Assembly (NCBI GenBank): GCA_964484035.1
Contig: CAZAEG010000385.1
Span: 1-30,587 of the forward strand
Direction: 5' to 3'
Length of the DNA stretch: 30,587 nt
Source: an uncultured Enterobacteriaceae bacterium
GTDB taxonomy: Bacteria; Pseudomonadota; Gammaproteobacteria; Burkholderiales; SG8-39
Part shown: piece by piece, positions 19,615 to 28,910 of the stretch
How positions within the stretch are numbered: position 1 is the stretch's first letter
Layout: every line of letters starts with the position of its first letter
The notes under the pieces: model-generated
The model's database searches: none
What the model was told of the DNA's origin: nothing
The model's input: only the letters and a program-made list of their open reading frames with translations
Translations under genes and position numbers: made by a program

Positions 19615-19622
19615 CAAATATT

Positions 19623-20672
19623 TCACGGCAGCGCGGAAGGCCCGAAGATCATGCGCCGCGCAAAAAAGCGCCGCGCCGCGGGCAGCAGGTCAAGGCTCGT
19701 GAGGACGGCGCCGCGCGCGGCGCGCGCGAGCGGATGCGCGCCGAGAAAGGCGTGCGCCAGGAGCTCGGTGACGCCGATCGTCGCCGCGGCGTCGAGGCGG
19801 CGCAGCGCCGCGAAGCGCGCCAGCACGCGCGCATCGCCCGCGTCCTCGGCGTCATACAGGGTCTGCGCCAGGTCCCAGGCGTCGCGCAGGCCCAGGTTCA
19901 GGCCCTGGCCGGCGACCGGATGCAGCGTCTGCGCGGCGTTGCCGATGTACACCTCGCGCCCCTCGACGCGCGAAGCGCGCACGCGTAGCGCAAGGGGCAC
20001 CTGCGCGCGCTCGCGCACCGCGGTGAAGCGCCCGGCGCGCTCGCCGCAGGCCTCCTGCAGCCGCGCGAGGAACGCCGGCGGCGCGGCGCGCGCGAGCTCC
20101 GCGGCGCGCTCCGGGTGCGCGCCCCAGATGAGCGCCCACTCGCCGGCGAGCGGCAGCAGCGCGAGCGGCCCTTCGGCCGTGAAGCGCTCGAAGGCCACGT
20201 CCTGCGGCGCCGGCGCAGCGGCGATGCGCGCCACCACCGCATCGTGCCCGTAGCGGCGCTCGCGCGCGGCGGGCGCGGCGCCTTCCGCGTGCACGGTGCA
20301 GCGCGCCGGCGGCCCGTCCCCGGCGTGCAGCTCGACGCGAGCGCGCAAGGCCGCAAGCAGCTCGGCGTACTGCGTCACGTAGCCGAGCGCGGGAACGCCC
20401 GCGTCGGCCGCGTCCATGCGCGTGCGGCCGAAGGCGCCGGCTTGCGAGACGCGGATGGCGCGGATCGGCGTCGCCGGAAAATCGCCCCAGACGCCGGTGC
20501 GCTCGAGGATCAGCCGGCTGGCGTGCGAGAGCGCGATGGGGCGGAAGGCGACGCGCGCCGCGGGCTGCGGGTCGACGAGGCGCACGGCGTGGCGCGAGCC
20601 GCGCAGCGCGAGCGCCAGGGTGCAGCCGACCGGCCCCGCGCCGCGGACGAGGATGTCAGCGCCGGCCGTCAC
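19623..20672 (-). CDS. ubiH: FAD-dependent monooxygenase, UbiH/Coq6 family (ubiquinone hydroxylase)
   Basis: GAGPVG FAD motif, ERFT.EGPLALLP, IGNAAQTLHPVAGQGLNLGLRDA; pepP-ubiH synteny. Confidence 0.85.
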   Translation of the reverse strand: MTAGADILVRGAGPVGCTLALALRGSRHAVRLVDPQPAARVAFRPIALSHASRLILERTGVWGDFPATPIRAIRVSQAGAFGRTRMDAADAGVPALGYVTQYAELLAALRARVELHAGDGPPARCTVHAEGAAPAARERRYGHDAVVARIAAAPAPQDVAFERFTAEGPLALLPLAGEWALIWGAHPERAAELARAAPPAFLARLQEACGERAGRFTAVRERAQVPLALRVRASRVEGREVYIGNAAQTLHPVAGQGLNLGLRDAWDLAQTLYDAEDAGDARVLARFAALRRLDAAATIGVTELLAHAFLGAHPLARAARGAVLTSLDLLPAARRFFARRMIFGPSALP

Positions 20673-21984
20673 GGATCAGCGCCTCGATCTCGGCGAGCGC
20701 CTTCGGCGCCGCGGCGGTGAGCACCTCGCACGCACCCGCGGTGACCAGGACGTCGTCCTCGATGCGCACGCCGATGCCGCGCAGGCGCTCGGGCACGTCG
20801 TCCGCGGCGCGCACGTACAGGCCGGGCTCCACGGTGAGCGTCATTCCGGGCTCGAGCGCGCGCCAGGCGCCGGCGCGCTTGTAGTCGCCGGCGTCGTGCA
20901 CGTCGAGGCCCAGCCAGTGCCCGGTGCGGTGCATGTAGAAGCGCTTGTAGGCCTCCTTCTCCAGCGCCTCGTCGAGGCTGCCCGCGAGCAGCTTCAGGTC
21001 GAGCATGCCCTGCGCCAGCACGCGCACCGCGGCGTCGTGCGGGGCGTTGAAGGCGCGGCCCGCGCGCACCTCGCCCAGCGCCGCGCGCTGCGCGGCGAGC
21101 ACGATCTCGTATGCCTCGCGCTGCGCGCCGCTGAAGCGCCCGTTCACCGGGAAGGTGCGCGTGATGTCGGCGGCGTAGCCCTCGAGCTCGCAGCCGGCGT
21201 CGATCAGCAGGAGCATCCCGTCGTCGAGCCGCGCGTCGTTCTGCACGTAGTGCAGCACGCAGGCGTTGGCGCCGCCGGCGACGATCGGCGAATAGGCGGG
21301 GAACTGCGCGCCGCTCGCCCGGAACTCGTGCAGCAGCTCGGCCTCGATCTCGTACTCGCGGCGCCCGGGGCGCGCGGCGAGCATCGCGCGCCGATGCGCC
21401 GCCGCCGAGATCGCCGCCGCGCGACGCATCAGGGCGAGCTCGTGCGCGTCCTTCAGCAGGCGCATTTCGTCGAGCGGCGCGCGCACGTCGTGCAGCGCCT
21501 GCGGCGCGGCGACGCCGGCACGCGCGTTGGCGCGCACCGCGTTCAGCCAGCGCATGGCGCGCGCGTCCCACTCGGCATCGGCGCCGACCGGATACCACAG
21601 CGCGGCGCGATCGGCGATGAGCGCCGGCAGCGCCTCGTCCAGCGCGCCGATCGGGTGCGCCGCGTCGAAGCCGAAGCGCTCGCGCGCGCCCTCGGGCCCG
21701 TGCCGGAACCCGTCCCAGGTCTCGCGCTCCGGATTCTTCTCGCGGCAGTACAGCAGGGCGCGCGGTTCGGCGCCGCCGACCAGCACCAGCACTGCCTCGG
21801 GCTCCTGGAAGCCGGTGAGGTAGTAGAAGTAGCTGTCGTAGCGGTACGGATAGTGCGAATCGCGGTTGCGCGCGCGCTCGGGCGCGGTGGGGATCACCGC
21901 GACGCCCTCGCCGATGACGGCGGCAAGCCGGCGCCGGCGCTCGGCGTGCACCGCGAAATCCGGTCCCGGATCGTCGGCTTTCAT
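20656..21984 (-). CDS. pepP: Xaa-Pro aminopeptidase
   Basis: YRYDSYFYYLTGFQEPEA, LHYVQN, LIDAG, YAADITRTFP, HRTGHWLGLDVHD, TVEPGLY, GVRIEDD. Start at ATG 21984 (ATGA with murU). Confidence 0.95.
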   Translation of the reverse strand: MKADDPGPDFAVHAERRRRLAAVIGEGVAVIPTAPERARNRDSHYPYRYDSYFYYLTGFQEPEAVLVLVGGAEPRALLYCREKNPERETWDGFRHGPEGARERFGFDAAHPIGALDEALPALIADRAALWYPVGADAEWDARAMRWLNAVRANARAGVAAPQALHDVRAPLDEMRLLKDAHELALMRRAAAISAAAHRRAMLAARPGRREYEIEAELLHEFRASGAQFPAYSPIVAGGANACVLHYVQNDARLDDGMLLLIDAGCELEGYAADITRTFPVNGRFSGAQREAYEIVLAAQRAALGEVRAGRAFNAPHDAAVRVLAQGMLDLKLLAGSLDEALEKEAYKRFYMHRTGHWLGLDVHDAGDYKRAGAWRALEPGMTLTVEPGLYVRAADDVPERLRGIGVRIEDDVLVTAGACEVLTAAAPKALAEIEALIRDGRR

Positions 21985-22664
21985 GTCCTCTCTTTCGCCC
22001 CGGCGAGCAGCGCCTCGAGCTCGGCCAGGCGTTCCGCCGTGCCGACGTCGCGCCACAGGCCCGCGTGCAGCTCGCCCGAGAGCCGCCCGCCGTCCGCCGC
22101 CGCGCGCAACAGCGGCGCGAGCTGCGCGCGCTCGCCCGCGCGCACCGGCGCGACCAGCGCCGGGTCGACGAGCGCGATGCCGGTGTAAGTGTAGCGCGGC
22201 GCGGCGGCGTTCCCGACCCGGCCGTCGGCAAGCGAGAAATCGCCCGCGACGTGGTGCGGCGGATTGGGCGCGAGCACCAGGTGCGCGAGATGCGGGCCCA
22301 GGGCGCGGCGGCGAAGCATCGCGAGGTCGAAATCGCAGGCCACGTCGGAGTTGACGAGGGCGAAGGGCGCCGGGCCGAGGAGCGCGCGCGCCTGGGCGAT
22401 GCCGCCCGCGGACTCGAGCGGCTGCGGCTCGCGCGAATAGGACAGGGCGAGGCCGAACGCGCTGCCGTCGCCCAGGCGCGCTTCGATGCGCTCACCCAGC
22501 CAGCTGACGTTGATCACCACCTCGCGGAACCCGGCGCGCGCGAGCCGCTCGAGCTGCCAGACGATGAGCGGCTTGCCGCCCGCCTCGACCAGCGCCTTGG
22601 GGACCTGGTCGGTCAGGGGCCGCAGGCGCAGGCCCAGGCCCGCGGCGAGCACCATCGCCTTCAT
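21981..22664 (-). CDS. murU: N-acetylmuramate alpha-1-phosphate uridylyltransferase
   Basis: MKAMVLAAGLGLRLRPLT..PK.L, LESAGGI, YTGIAL, WRDVGT.ERL; adjacent to amgK. Confidence 0.9.
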   Translation of the reverse strand: MKAMVLAAGLGLRLRPLTDQVPKALVEAGGKPLIVWQLERLARAGFREVVINVSWLGERIEARLGDGSAFGLALSYSREPQPLESAGGIAQARALLGPAPFALVNSDVACDFDLAMLRRRALGPHLAHLVLAPNPPHHVAGDFSLADGRVGNAAAPRYTYTGIALVDPALVAPVRAGERAQLAPLLRAAADGGRLSGELHAGLWRDVGTAERLAELEALLAGAKERT

Positions 22665-23632
22665 GCGTGCAGCTCGTCCAGGAGCCGCGCGAGCGGCGCG
22701 AGCGCGCCGTGGCGCCCGGCCGCGGCGCGCGCGTAGCCGAGAAAGCGCGGCGTGTCGGCGAGATACTTCGGCTTGCCGTCGCGGTAGGTCAGGCGCGCGA
22801 AGATGCCCAGCACCTTGAGGTGGCGCTGCAGGCCCATCCACTCCTGGGCGCGCCGGAACTCGGCGAAATCCGCCGCCACCGGCAGGCGCGCGTGCTTCGC
22901 GTCCTCCCAGTAGCGCGCCGACCAGTCGAGCACGCGCGCCTCGTCCCAGCTGACGAACGCGTCGCGCGTGAGCGAGGCGATGTCGTAGGTCACCGGTCCG
23001 ATGACCGCGTCCTGGAAATCGAGCACGCCGGGATTGGGCTCGCAGCGCATGAGGTTGCGCGGCATGTAGTCGCGGTGCACGTACACCTGCGGCTGCGCCA
23101 GCGCGCTCGCCACGAGCGCCGCGCACAGGCCGTCCCACGACGCGCGCTGCGCCGCGCTGAGCGCCCGGCCGAGGTGGCGCCCGACGTACCAGTGGGGGAA
23201 GAGCGCGAGCTCGCTGCGCAGGAGCGCCTCGTCGTAGGGCGGGAGCATCCCGGCGCGCGTCGCCCGCTGCCACTTGACGAGCGCGGCGATCGCGTCGCGC
23301 ATGAGGAGGTCGGCGGTGTCGTCGTTCAGCGCGTCGAGGTAGGTGACGGTGCCAAGGTCGGTGAGCAGCAGGAAGCCCTGCCCGAGGTCCTGCGCGTGCA
23401 CGGCGGGGGCGTTCACGCCCGCGGCGCGCAGCAGCTGCGCCACGCGCGCGAACGCGGCGCTGTCCTCGTGCTCGGGCGGCGCGTCCATGGCGACGAAGCT
23501 GCGGCCGTCGGCGCGCGTGACGCGGAAATAGCGGCGGAAACTGGCGTCCGCGGACGCGGGCGCGATGCGGAACTCCGGGCCGCCGAGCGGCCCGGCGAGC
23601 CAGCGCCTGAGCGCAGCGAGCCTTTGATCCAC
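22661..23632 (-). CDS. amgK: Anomeric MurNAc/GlcNAc kinase (aminoglycoside phosphotransferase fold)
   Basis: ASADASFRRYFR, MDAPP, LLTDLG, HRDYMPRNLM, LDFQDA, LQRHLKVLGIFARL; divergent from lptD. Confidence 0.9.
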   Translation of the reverse strand: MDQRLAALRRWLAGPLGGPEFRIAPASADASFRRYFRVTRADGRSFVAMDAPPEHEDSAAFARVAQLLRAAGVNAPAVHAQDLGQGFLLLTDLGTVTYLDALNDDTADLLMRDAIAALVKWQRATRAGMLPPYDEALLRSELALFPHWYVGRHLGRALSAAQRASWDGLCAALVASALAQPQVYVHRDYMPRNLMRCEPNPGVLDFQDAVIGPVTYDIASLTRDAFVSWDEARVLDWSARYWEDAKHARLPVAADFAEFRRAQEWMGLQRHLKVLGIFARLTYRDGKPKYLADTPRFLGYARAAAGRHGALAPLARLLDELHA

Positions 23633-23664
23633 GGGTTGCGTTGCGCCTGGCGCGGAATTGTGCG

Positions 23665-23670
23665 ATTTTA
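23665..23670 (-). promoter_or_regulatory. Candidate -10 element (TAAAAT) for amgK-murU-pepP-ubiH
   Basis: AT-rich hexamer in the 47 bp amgK/lptD divergent gap; no good -35. Confidence 0.4.
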
Positions 23671-23679
23671 CACGTACAC

Positions 23680-25911
23680 ATGCAGCGTTTCCCAGCGCGC
23701 CCGCTGGCCCTCCGAGTCGCCGGCGGCGTTGCGCTGCTCTTCGCGCTCGCCGCGGCGGCGCAGACCGACGCGCCGAAAGAGCCGGCGACCATCGACGCGC
23801 AGTCCATCGAGGGCATCTCGGGCCTGGAAGTGACTGCGCGCGGCGGCGTCGAGTTCCGCCAGGGCGAGTTCGCGGTGTACGCCGAGTACCTCAAGTTCAA
23901 CCGCGAGTTCGGCCGCCTCGAGGCCGAGGGCGGCGTGCGCGTCGTGCAGGGCGCCGACCGCTTCGTCGGCTCGCGCCTGCGCTACGACACGACCGACGAC
24001 ACCGGCGTGATGGAGGAGCCCACGTTCATCATGCGGCGCAAGCACACCGCGCGCGGCGGCGCCGAGCGCATCGAGTTCCTGGCCCGCGGCCGCTATCTCC
24101 TGAGCGGCGCGCATTTCACCACCTGCGAGCCGGGCAACGACGACTGGCGGATCGAGGCGCGCGAGATTGAGCTCGACTTCACGGAGGACGTGGGCGTGGC
24201 GCGCGGCGCGCGCCTGCGGTTCTTCGACACCACGATTCTCGGCACGCCGTACTTCAGCTTCCCGCTGGAGGACCGGCGCAAGAGCGGCCTGCTGCCGCCG
24301 CACTATGCGCAGACCTCGCTGCGCGGGGGCGAGCTCATGCTGCCGTTCTACTGGAACATCGCGCCGGAGCAGGACGCGACCGTCACGCCGACGTTCATGT
24401 CGAAGCGCGGCGAGCAGCTGAAGACCCATTACCGCTATCTCGGCCGGCGCTTCAGCGGCGAGGCGCGCCTCGAGTACCTGCCCGAGGACAAGCTGCTCGG
24501 GCGCTCGCGCACCGGCTACTCGCTGCAGCACGAGCACCGCTTCACGTCGGCGCTCACCGCCAAGGTGGACCTGAACCATGTGTCCGACGACGGCTATTTC
24601 GTCGACCTGTACACCGACGTGCGCCAGGTCTCCACCGGCAACTTGCAGCGCGACGGCTACCTGCAGTACGCGCGCGACATCAGCGGCACCGGCATCCGGC
24701 TGCAGGGGCGGGTGCAGCGCTTCCAGACGCTGCAGGACCCGCTCGCGCCGATCGTGCCGCCCTACCACCGCGTGCCGCAGATCAACCTGGAGGTCACGCG
24801 CAACGACATGGGCGGGCTGCTCGATGCCGCGCTGCCCGTCGAGTACGCGCGCTTCACCCACCCGACGCTGGTCGTAGGCGAAAGGGCCACCTTGAATCCG
24901 GTGCTGAGCGCGCCGCTCACCGCCCCGGGGTACTTCCTCACGCCCAGGCTCGGCGCGCGCCATGCGCGCTACTCGCTCAGCCGCACGGCGGCGGGCCAGC
25001 CCGAGCACCAGACGCTCAGCGTTCCCTGGCTCAGCCTGGACGGCGGGCTGGTGTTCGAGCGCGGCGCCGGCTGGTTCGGCGAGGGGCTGTCGCAGACGCT
25101 CGAGCCGCGCCTGTTCTACGTGTACGCGCCCTACCGCGACCAGTCGCAGCTGCCGCTGTTCGACACGGCGCCGGCGGACTTCAACTACGCGCAGCTCTTT
25201 TCCGAGAACCGCTTCGTCGGCGGCGACCGCTTCGGCGACGCCAACCAGATCACCTGGGCGCTCACCTCGCGCCTGCTGAACGAGCGCGGCGAGGAGCGCC
25301 TGCGCGCCACGGTCGGGCAGCGCTATTACTTCGAGGACGAGCGCGTCGGCCTGACCTCGTCGTCGGTGACGCGCACCTCGACCGAGTCGGACTGGCTGGC
25401 CTCGGCCGGCGGGCGCCTGGGGCCCTGGAGCTTCGACGGCACCATGCAGTACAACCCGCGCGATTCGCGCACCGAGCGCTACGGCCTGCAGCTGCGCTAC
25501 GCGCCGGAGATCGCCAAGGTGCTCAACTTCAGCTACCGCTTCAACCGCGCCACGCTGCGCCAGTGGGATCTTTCCGCGCAGTGGCCGGTCCAAGGTGGCT
25601 GGTATGCGATCGGACGCTACAATTACTCGCTGCTCGACCGGCGCGTGCTGGAGGCGCTGGGCGGCATCGAGTACAACGGCGGCTGCTGGGTGTTCCGCGC
25701 GGTGGCGCAGCGCGTGCAGGCGGCCACCGACGTGACCTCGAAGGCGATCCTGTTCCAGCTCGAATTCAACGGCCTCGGCCAGATCGGCTCCAACGAAACC
25801 GTGTCCCTCTTCCGCCGCAGCGTCCCGGGCTACTCGGTGACCAACCCGCGCGACCAGACGCTGGTGCCGCCGAGCCTGCAGCCGCAGCTGCCCTTCCAGC
25901 AGGCGTACTGA
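23680..25911 (+). CDS. lptD: LPS-assembly outer-membrane protein LptD (OstA/Imp)
   Basis: Signal peptide, FTTCEPG..DW, SGLLPP, PFYWNIAP, LEPRLFY.Y.P, FSENRF.GGDR.GDANQ, YNGGCW; amgK<>lptD-surA-pdxA-rsmA synteny. Confidence 0.96.
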   Translation: MQRFPARPLALRVAGGVALLFALAAAAQTDAPKEPATIDAQSIEGISGLEVTARGGVEFRQGEFAVYAEYLKFNREFGRLEAEGGVRVVQGADRFVGSRLRYDTTDDTGVMEEPTFIMRRKHTARGGAERIEFLARGRYLLSGAHFTTCEPGNDDWRIEAREIELDFTEDVGVARGARLRFFDTTILGTPYFSFPLEDRRKSGLLPPHYAQTSLRGGELMLPFYWNIAPEQDATVTPTFMSKRGEQLKTHYRYLGRRFSGEARLEYLPEDKLLGRSRTGYSLQHEHRFTSALTAKVDLNHVSDDGYFVDLYTDVRQVSTGNLQRDGYLQYARDISGTGIRLQGRVQRFQTLQDPLAPIVPPYHRVPQINLEVTRNDMGGLLDAALPVEYARFTHPTLVVGERATLNPVLSAPLTAPGYFLTPRLGARHARYSLSRTAAGQPEHQTLSVPWLSLDGGLVFERGAGWFGEGLSQTLEPRLFYVYAPYRDQSQLPLFDTAPADFNYAQLFSENRFVGGDRFGDANQITWALTSRLLNERGEERLRATVGQRYYFEDERVGLTSSSVTRTSTESDWLASAGGRLGPWSFDGTMQYNPRDSRTERYGLQLRYAPEIAKVLNFSYRFNRATLRQWDLSAQWPVQGGWYAIGRYNYSLLDRRVLEALGGIEYNGGCWVFRAVAQRVQAATDVTSKAILFQLEFNGLGQIGSNETVSLFRRSVPGYSVTNPRDQTLVPPSLQPQLPFQQAY

Positions 25912-27198
25912 ATGGCGCGGCGCGCGGCCTGCCTGCTGCTCGTGCTCGCGGCGCTGCCGGCCGCGGCGCGCGATGCGGTGCTCGTCGACCGCGTGGTCGC
26001 CGTGGTCAACAAGGACGTGATCACGCTGACCGAGCTCGCCCAGCGCACCGAGAGCGCCGCGGCCGAGCTGCGGCGCCAGCGCATCGCGGCGCCGGAGCGC
26101 GCGGTGCTCGAGCGCCAGGTGCTGCAGCGCCTGGTGCTGGACAAGGCGCAACTGCAGCTCGCCGAGAGCACCGGGATGCGCGTCGACGAGCTGCAGCTCG
26201 ACCGCGCGGTGCAGCGCATCGCGCAGAACAACGGCCTCGCGCTGGCGGACTTCCGCCGCGCGCTCGAGCGCGACGGCGTCGACTTCGAGGTCTTCCGCGC
26301 CGAGCTGCGCCAGCAGATCCTGCTCTCGCGCCTGCGCGAGCGCGAGGTGGACGACCGCGTGCAGGTGAGCGAGACGGAGCTCGACGCCTACCTCGACGGG
26401 CACAAGGCGAGCCTGGCGAGCGCCGTCGAGTACGACGTGGCGCACATCCTGGTGCGCGTGCCGGAGCAGGCGCGACCCGAGCAGGTGGAGCAGGCGCGCG
26501 CGCGCGCCGCGCGCGCGCGCGACGAGGCGCGCGCGGGCGCCGATTTCGCGCGCCTCGCGGCAAGCGCGTCGGACGCCGGCGACGCGCTGCAGGGTGGCGC
26601 GCTCGGCTGGCGCGCGCCGGGCAGGCTGCCGGAGCTGTTCGCCGAGGCGCTGCGCGACATGCAGCCGGGCGCGGTGAGCGAGCTGCTGCGCAGCCCGGCG
26701 GGCTTTCACGTGGTGAAGCTGCTCGGCCGGCGTGGCGCCGGCGACGCGGCGCCGGTCACGCAGACGCGCGCGCGCCATATCCTCGTCAAGTCGAACGAGG
26801 TCGTCTCCGAGGAGGACGCGCGCCGGCGCCTGCTGGGCCTGCGCGAGCGCATCGTCGCGGGGGCCGATTTCGCCGAGATGGCGCGCTTGAACTCCGAGGA
26901 CGGCACCGCGGCGCGCGGCGGCGCGCTCGGCTGGGTCTATCCGGGCGACACGGTGCCCGAGTTCGAGCGCGCGATGAACGCGCTCGCGCCCGACGAGCTC
27001 AGCCAGCCGGTGCGCACGCCGTTCGGCTTTCACCTGATCGAGGTCCTGGAACGGCGCGCCGGCGACGTCAGCGCGGAGCGCGAGCGCCAGCTGGCGCGAC
27101 TGGCGCTGCGCGAGCGCAAGGCCGACGAGGCCTACCAGGACTGGCTGCGCCAGCTCCGGGACCGTACCTACGTCGAGCTGCGGCTCGAAGAGCGCTGA
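25912..27198 (+). CDS. surA: Periplasmic chaperone / parvulin PPIase SurA
   Basis: VDRVVAVVNKDVIT, two parvulin domains (AHILV...GGALGW; ARHILVK...GGALGWV), YQDWLRQLRDRTYVE. Confidence 0.95.
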   Translation: MARRAACLLLVLAALPAAARDAVLVDRVVAVVNKDVITLTELAQRTESAAAELRRQRIAAPERAVLERQVLQRLVLDKAQLQLAESTGMRVDELQLDRAVQRIAQNNGLALADFRRALERDGVDFEVFRAELRQQILLSRLREREVDDRVQVSETELDAYLDGHKASLASAVEYDVAHILVRVPEQARPEQVEQARARAARARDEARAGADFARLAASASDAGDALQGGALGWRAPGRLPELFAEALRDMQPGAVSELLRSPAGFHVVKLLGRRGAGDAAPVTQTRARHILVKSNEVVSEEDARRRLLGLRERIVAGADFAEMARLNSEDGTAARGGALGWVYPGDTVPEFERAMNALAPDELSQPVRTPFGFHLIEVLERRAGDVSAERERQLARLALRERKADEAYQDWLRQLRDRTYVELRLEER

Positions 27199-27200
27199 GC

Positions 27201-28100
27201 GTGGCGCGAATCGCCCTCACCTCGGGCGAGCCGGCGGGCATCGGCCCCGAGCTGTGCGTGGCGGCGGCACGCGCGTTCCGCGGCGCGACGCTGCGGGTGA
27301 TCGGCGACCGCGGCCTCCTGCAAGGCTGCCCGCACGTCGAGCACGTGCCGCTCGCGGTGCCGCGAAAGGCGGGCAGGCTCGACCCGCGCAATGCCGGCTA
27401 CGTCCTGCAGGTGCTGGACCGGGCGATCCGCGGCTGCCTGTCCGGGGAGTTCGACGCCATGGTCACGGCGCCCGTGCACAAGGGCGTGCTCAACGACGCC
27501 GGCATCGCGTTCACCGGGCACACCGAGTATCTCGCGGCGAAGGCGCGCGCGCCGCACGTGGTGATGATGCTGGTGGGCGGCGGGCTGCGCGTGGCGCTCG
27601 CCACCACCCATCTGCCGCTCGCCGAAGTGCCGCGCGCGATCACGCGCCGCGGGCTGGTGGCGACGCTGCGCGTGCTGCATGCGGATCTGCGCAAGCGCTT
27701 CGGCATCCGGCGCCCGCGCATCCTAGTCGCGGGGCTCAATCCGCACAGCGGCGAATCGGGACACCTCGGCACCGAGGAGCAGGAGACGATCGCGCCCGCC
27801 ATCGCGCAAGCGCGCCGGCTCGGCATCGCTGCGCAGGGCCCCATTCCCGCTGATACGCTGTTCGTGCCGGCGCGCCTGAAACGCGCCGATTGCGCGCTCG
27901 CCCTGTATCACGACCAGGGCCTGCCGGTGCTGAAGTACGCGAGCTTCGGCCGCGGCGTCAACGTGACGCTCGGCCTGCCGTTCGTGCGCACCTCGGTCGA
28001 CCATGGCACCGCGCTCGACATCGCGGGCAAGGGCCGCGCCGACCCGGGCAGTCTGCTCGAGGCGCTCAAGCTTGCGCGCAAGCTCGCATCGCCGCGGTAG
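27201..28100 (+). CDS. pdxA: 4-hydroxythreonine-4-phosphate dehydrogenase
   Basis: GTG start; TSGEPAGIGPE, TAPVHK, FTGHTEY, GLNPHSGE, YHDQGLPVLK, NVTLGLPFVRTSVDHGTA. Confidence 0.96.
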   Translation: MARIALTSGEPAGIGPELCVAAARAFRGATLRVIGDRGLLQGCPHVEHVPLAVPRKAGRLDPRNAGYVLQVLDRAIRGCLSGEFDAMVTAPVHKGVLNDAGIAFTGHTEYLAAKARAPHVVMMLVGGGLRVALATTHLPLAEVPRAITRRGLVATLRVLHADLRKRFGIRRPRILVAGLNPHSGESGHLGTEEQETIAPAIAQARRLGIAAQGPIPADTLFVPARLKRADCALALYHDQGLPVLKYASFGRGVNVTLGLPFVRTSVDHGTALDIAGKGRADPGSLLEALKLARKLASPR

Positions 28101-28123
28101 GGTGGGCCAGCGGCCCGCCCTAC
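28097..28123. repeat. GTAG-headed REP-like palindrome GTAGGGTGGGC-CAGCG-GCCCGCCCTAC
   Basis: 11 bp stem with one G-U pair and a 5 nt loop; starts with the GTAG tetranucleotide typical of REP elements. Confidence 0.6.
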
Positions 28124-28884
28124 GGTCCGCGGATCGCCACCGTCCGCGCAAGCGCTTCGGCCAGCACTTCCTGCGCGATCCCGGGGTGGTGCGTCGCATC
28201 GTCGAGGCCATCGTGCCGGCGGCGGACGATTTCATCGTCGAGATCGGCCCCGGGGAGGGCGTGCTCACGCGGCCGCTCGCGCAGCGCGCCGGACGCCTGG
28301 AGGCGATCGAGATCGACCGCGACCTCGCTGCCGCGCTGGCGGCGCAGGGCATCCGGGTGCACGTTGCCGATGCGCTCGATTTCGACTTCGGCCAGCTGCC
28401 GCCGGGGGCACGCATCGTCGGCAACCTGCCCTACAACATTTCCACGCCGCTCCTGTTCCATCTCGCCCGCTTCGCGGAGCGGCTGCGCGACCTGCACTTC
28501 ATGCTGCAGCGGGAAGTCGTGGAGCGCATGGTGGCCCGGCCTTCGACGCCGGCCTACGGTCGGCTTTCGGTGATGCTGCAGGCGCGCTTTCGCATGGCGA
28601 AGCTGTTTCGCGTCGCGGCGGGCGCGTTTCGGCCGCCGCCGCGGGTCGAATCGGCCGTCGTGCGGCTGGTGCCGCTCGCCGAGCCCCTGGACCGGGAGGC
28701 GCCACGCTTCGCCGAGGTCGTGCGCCGGGCGTTCAGCGCCCGGCGCAAGACACTGCGCAACGCGCTCGCCCTGCCGGCGCAGGAACTCGAGGCGCTCGGC
28801 ATCGACCCCGGGCTGCGGCCGGAGAACCTGTCCCCGGCCGACTACGTGCGGATTGCGCGGCGCACCATTTCGCAGCCGGGTTGA
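28102..28884 (+). CDS. rsmA: 16S rRNA m6,2A1518/1519 dimethyltransferase
   Basis: RKRFGQHFL, VEIGPGEG, IEIDRDL, VGNLPYNIS, FRPPPRVESAVV, RRKTLRNAL. Start inferred at the GTG inside the REP-like hairpin. Confidence 0.93.
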   Translation: MGQRPALRSADRHRPRKRFGQHFLRDPGVVRRIVEAIVPAADDFIVEIGPGEGVLTRPLAQRAGRLEAIEIDRDLAAALAAQGIRVHVADALDFDFGQLPPGARIVGNLPYNISTPLLFHLARFAERLRDLHFMLQREVVERMVARPSTPAYGRLSVMLQARFRMAKLFRVAAGAFRPPPRVESAVVRLVPLAEPLDREAPRFAEVVRRAFSARRKTLRNALALPAQELEALGIDPGLRPENLSPADYVRIARRTISQPG

Positions 28885-28910
28885 GGAGCGGGAAGTGCGC
28901 CGAGTACAAT
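28881..28910 (+). promoter_or_regulatory. Candidate sigma70 promoter for sodC (TTGAGG-N18-TACAAT)
   Basis: -35 at 28881-28886, -10 at 28905-28910, then a GGAGG RBS before ATG 28943. Confidence 0.6.
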
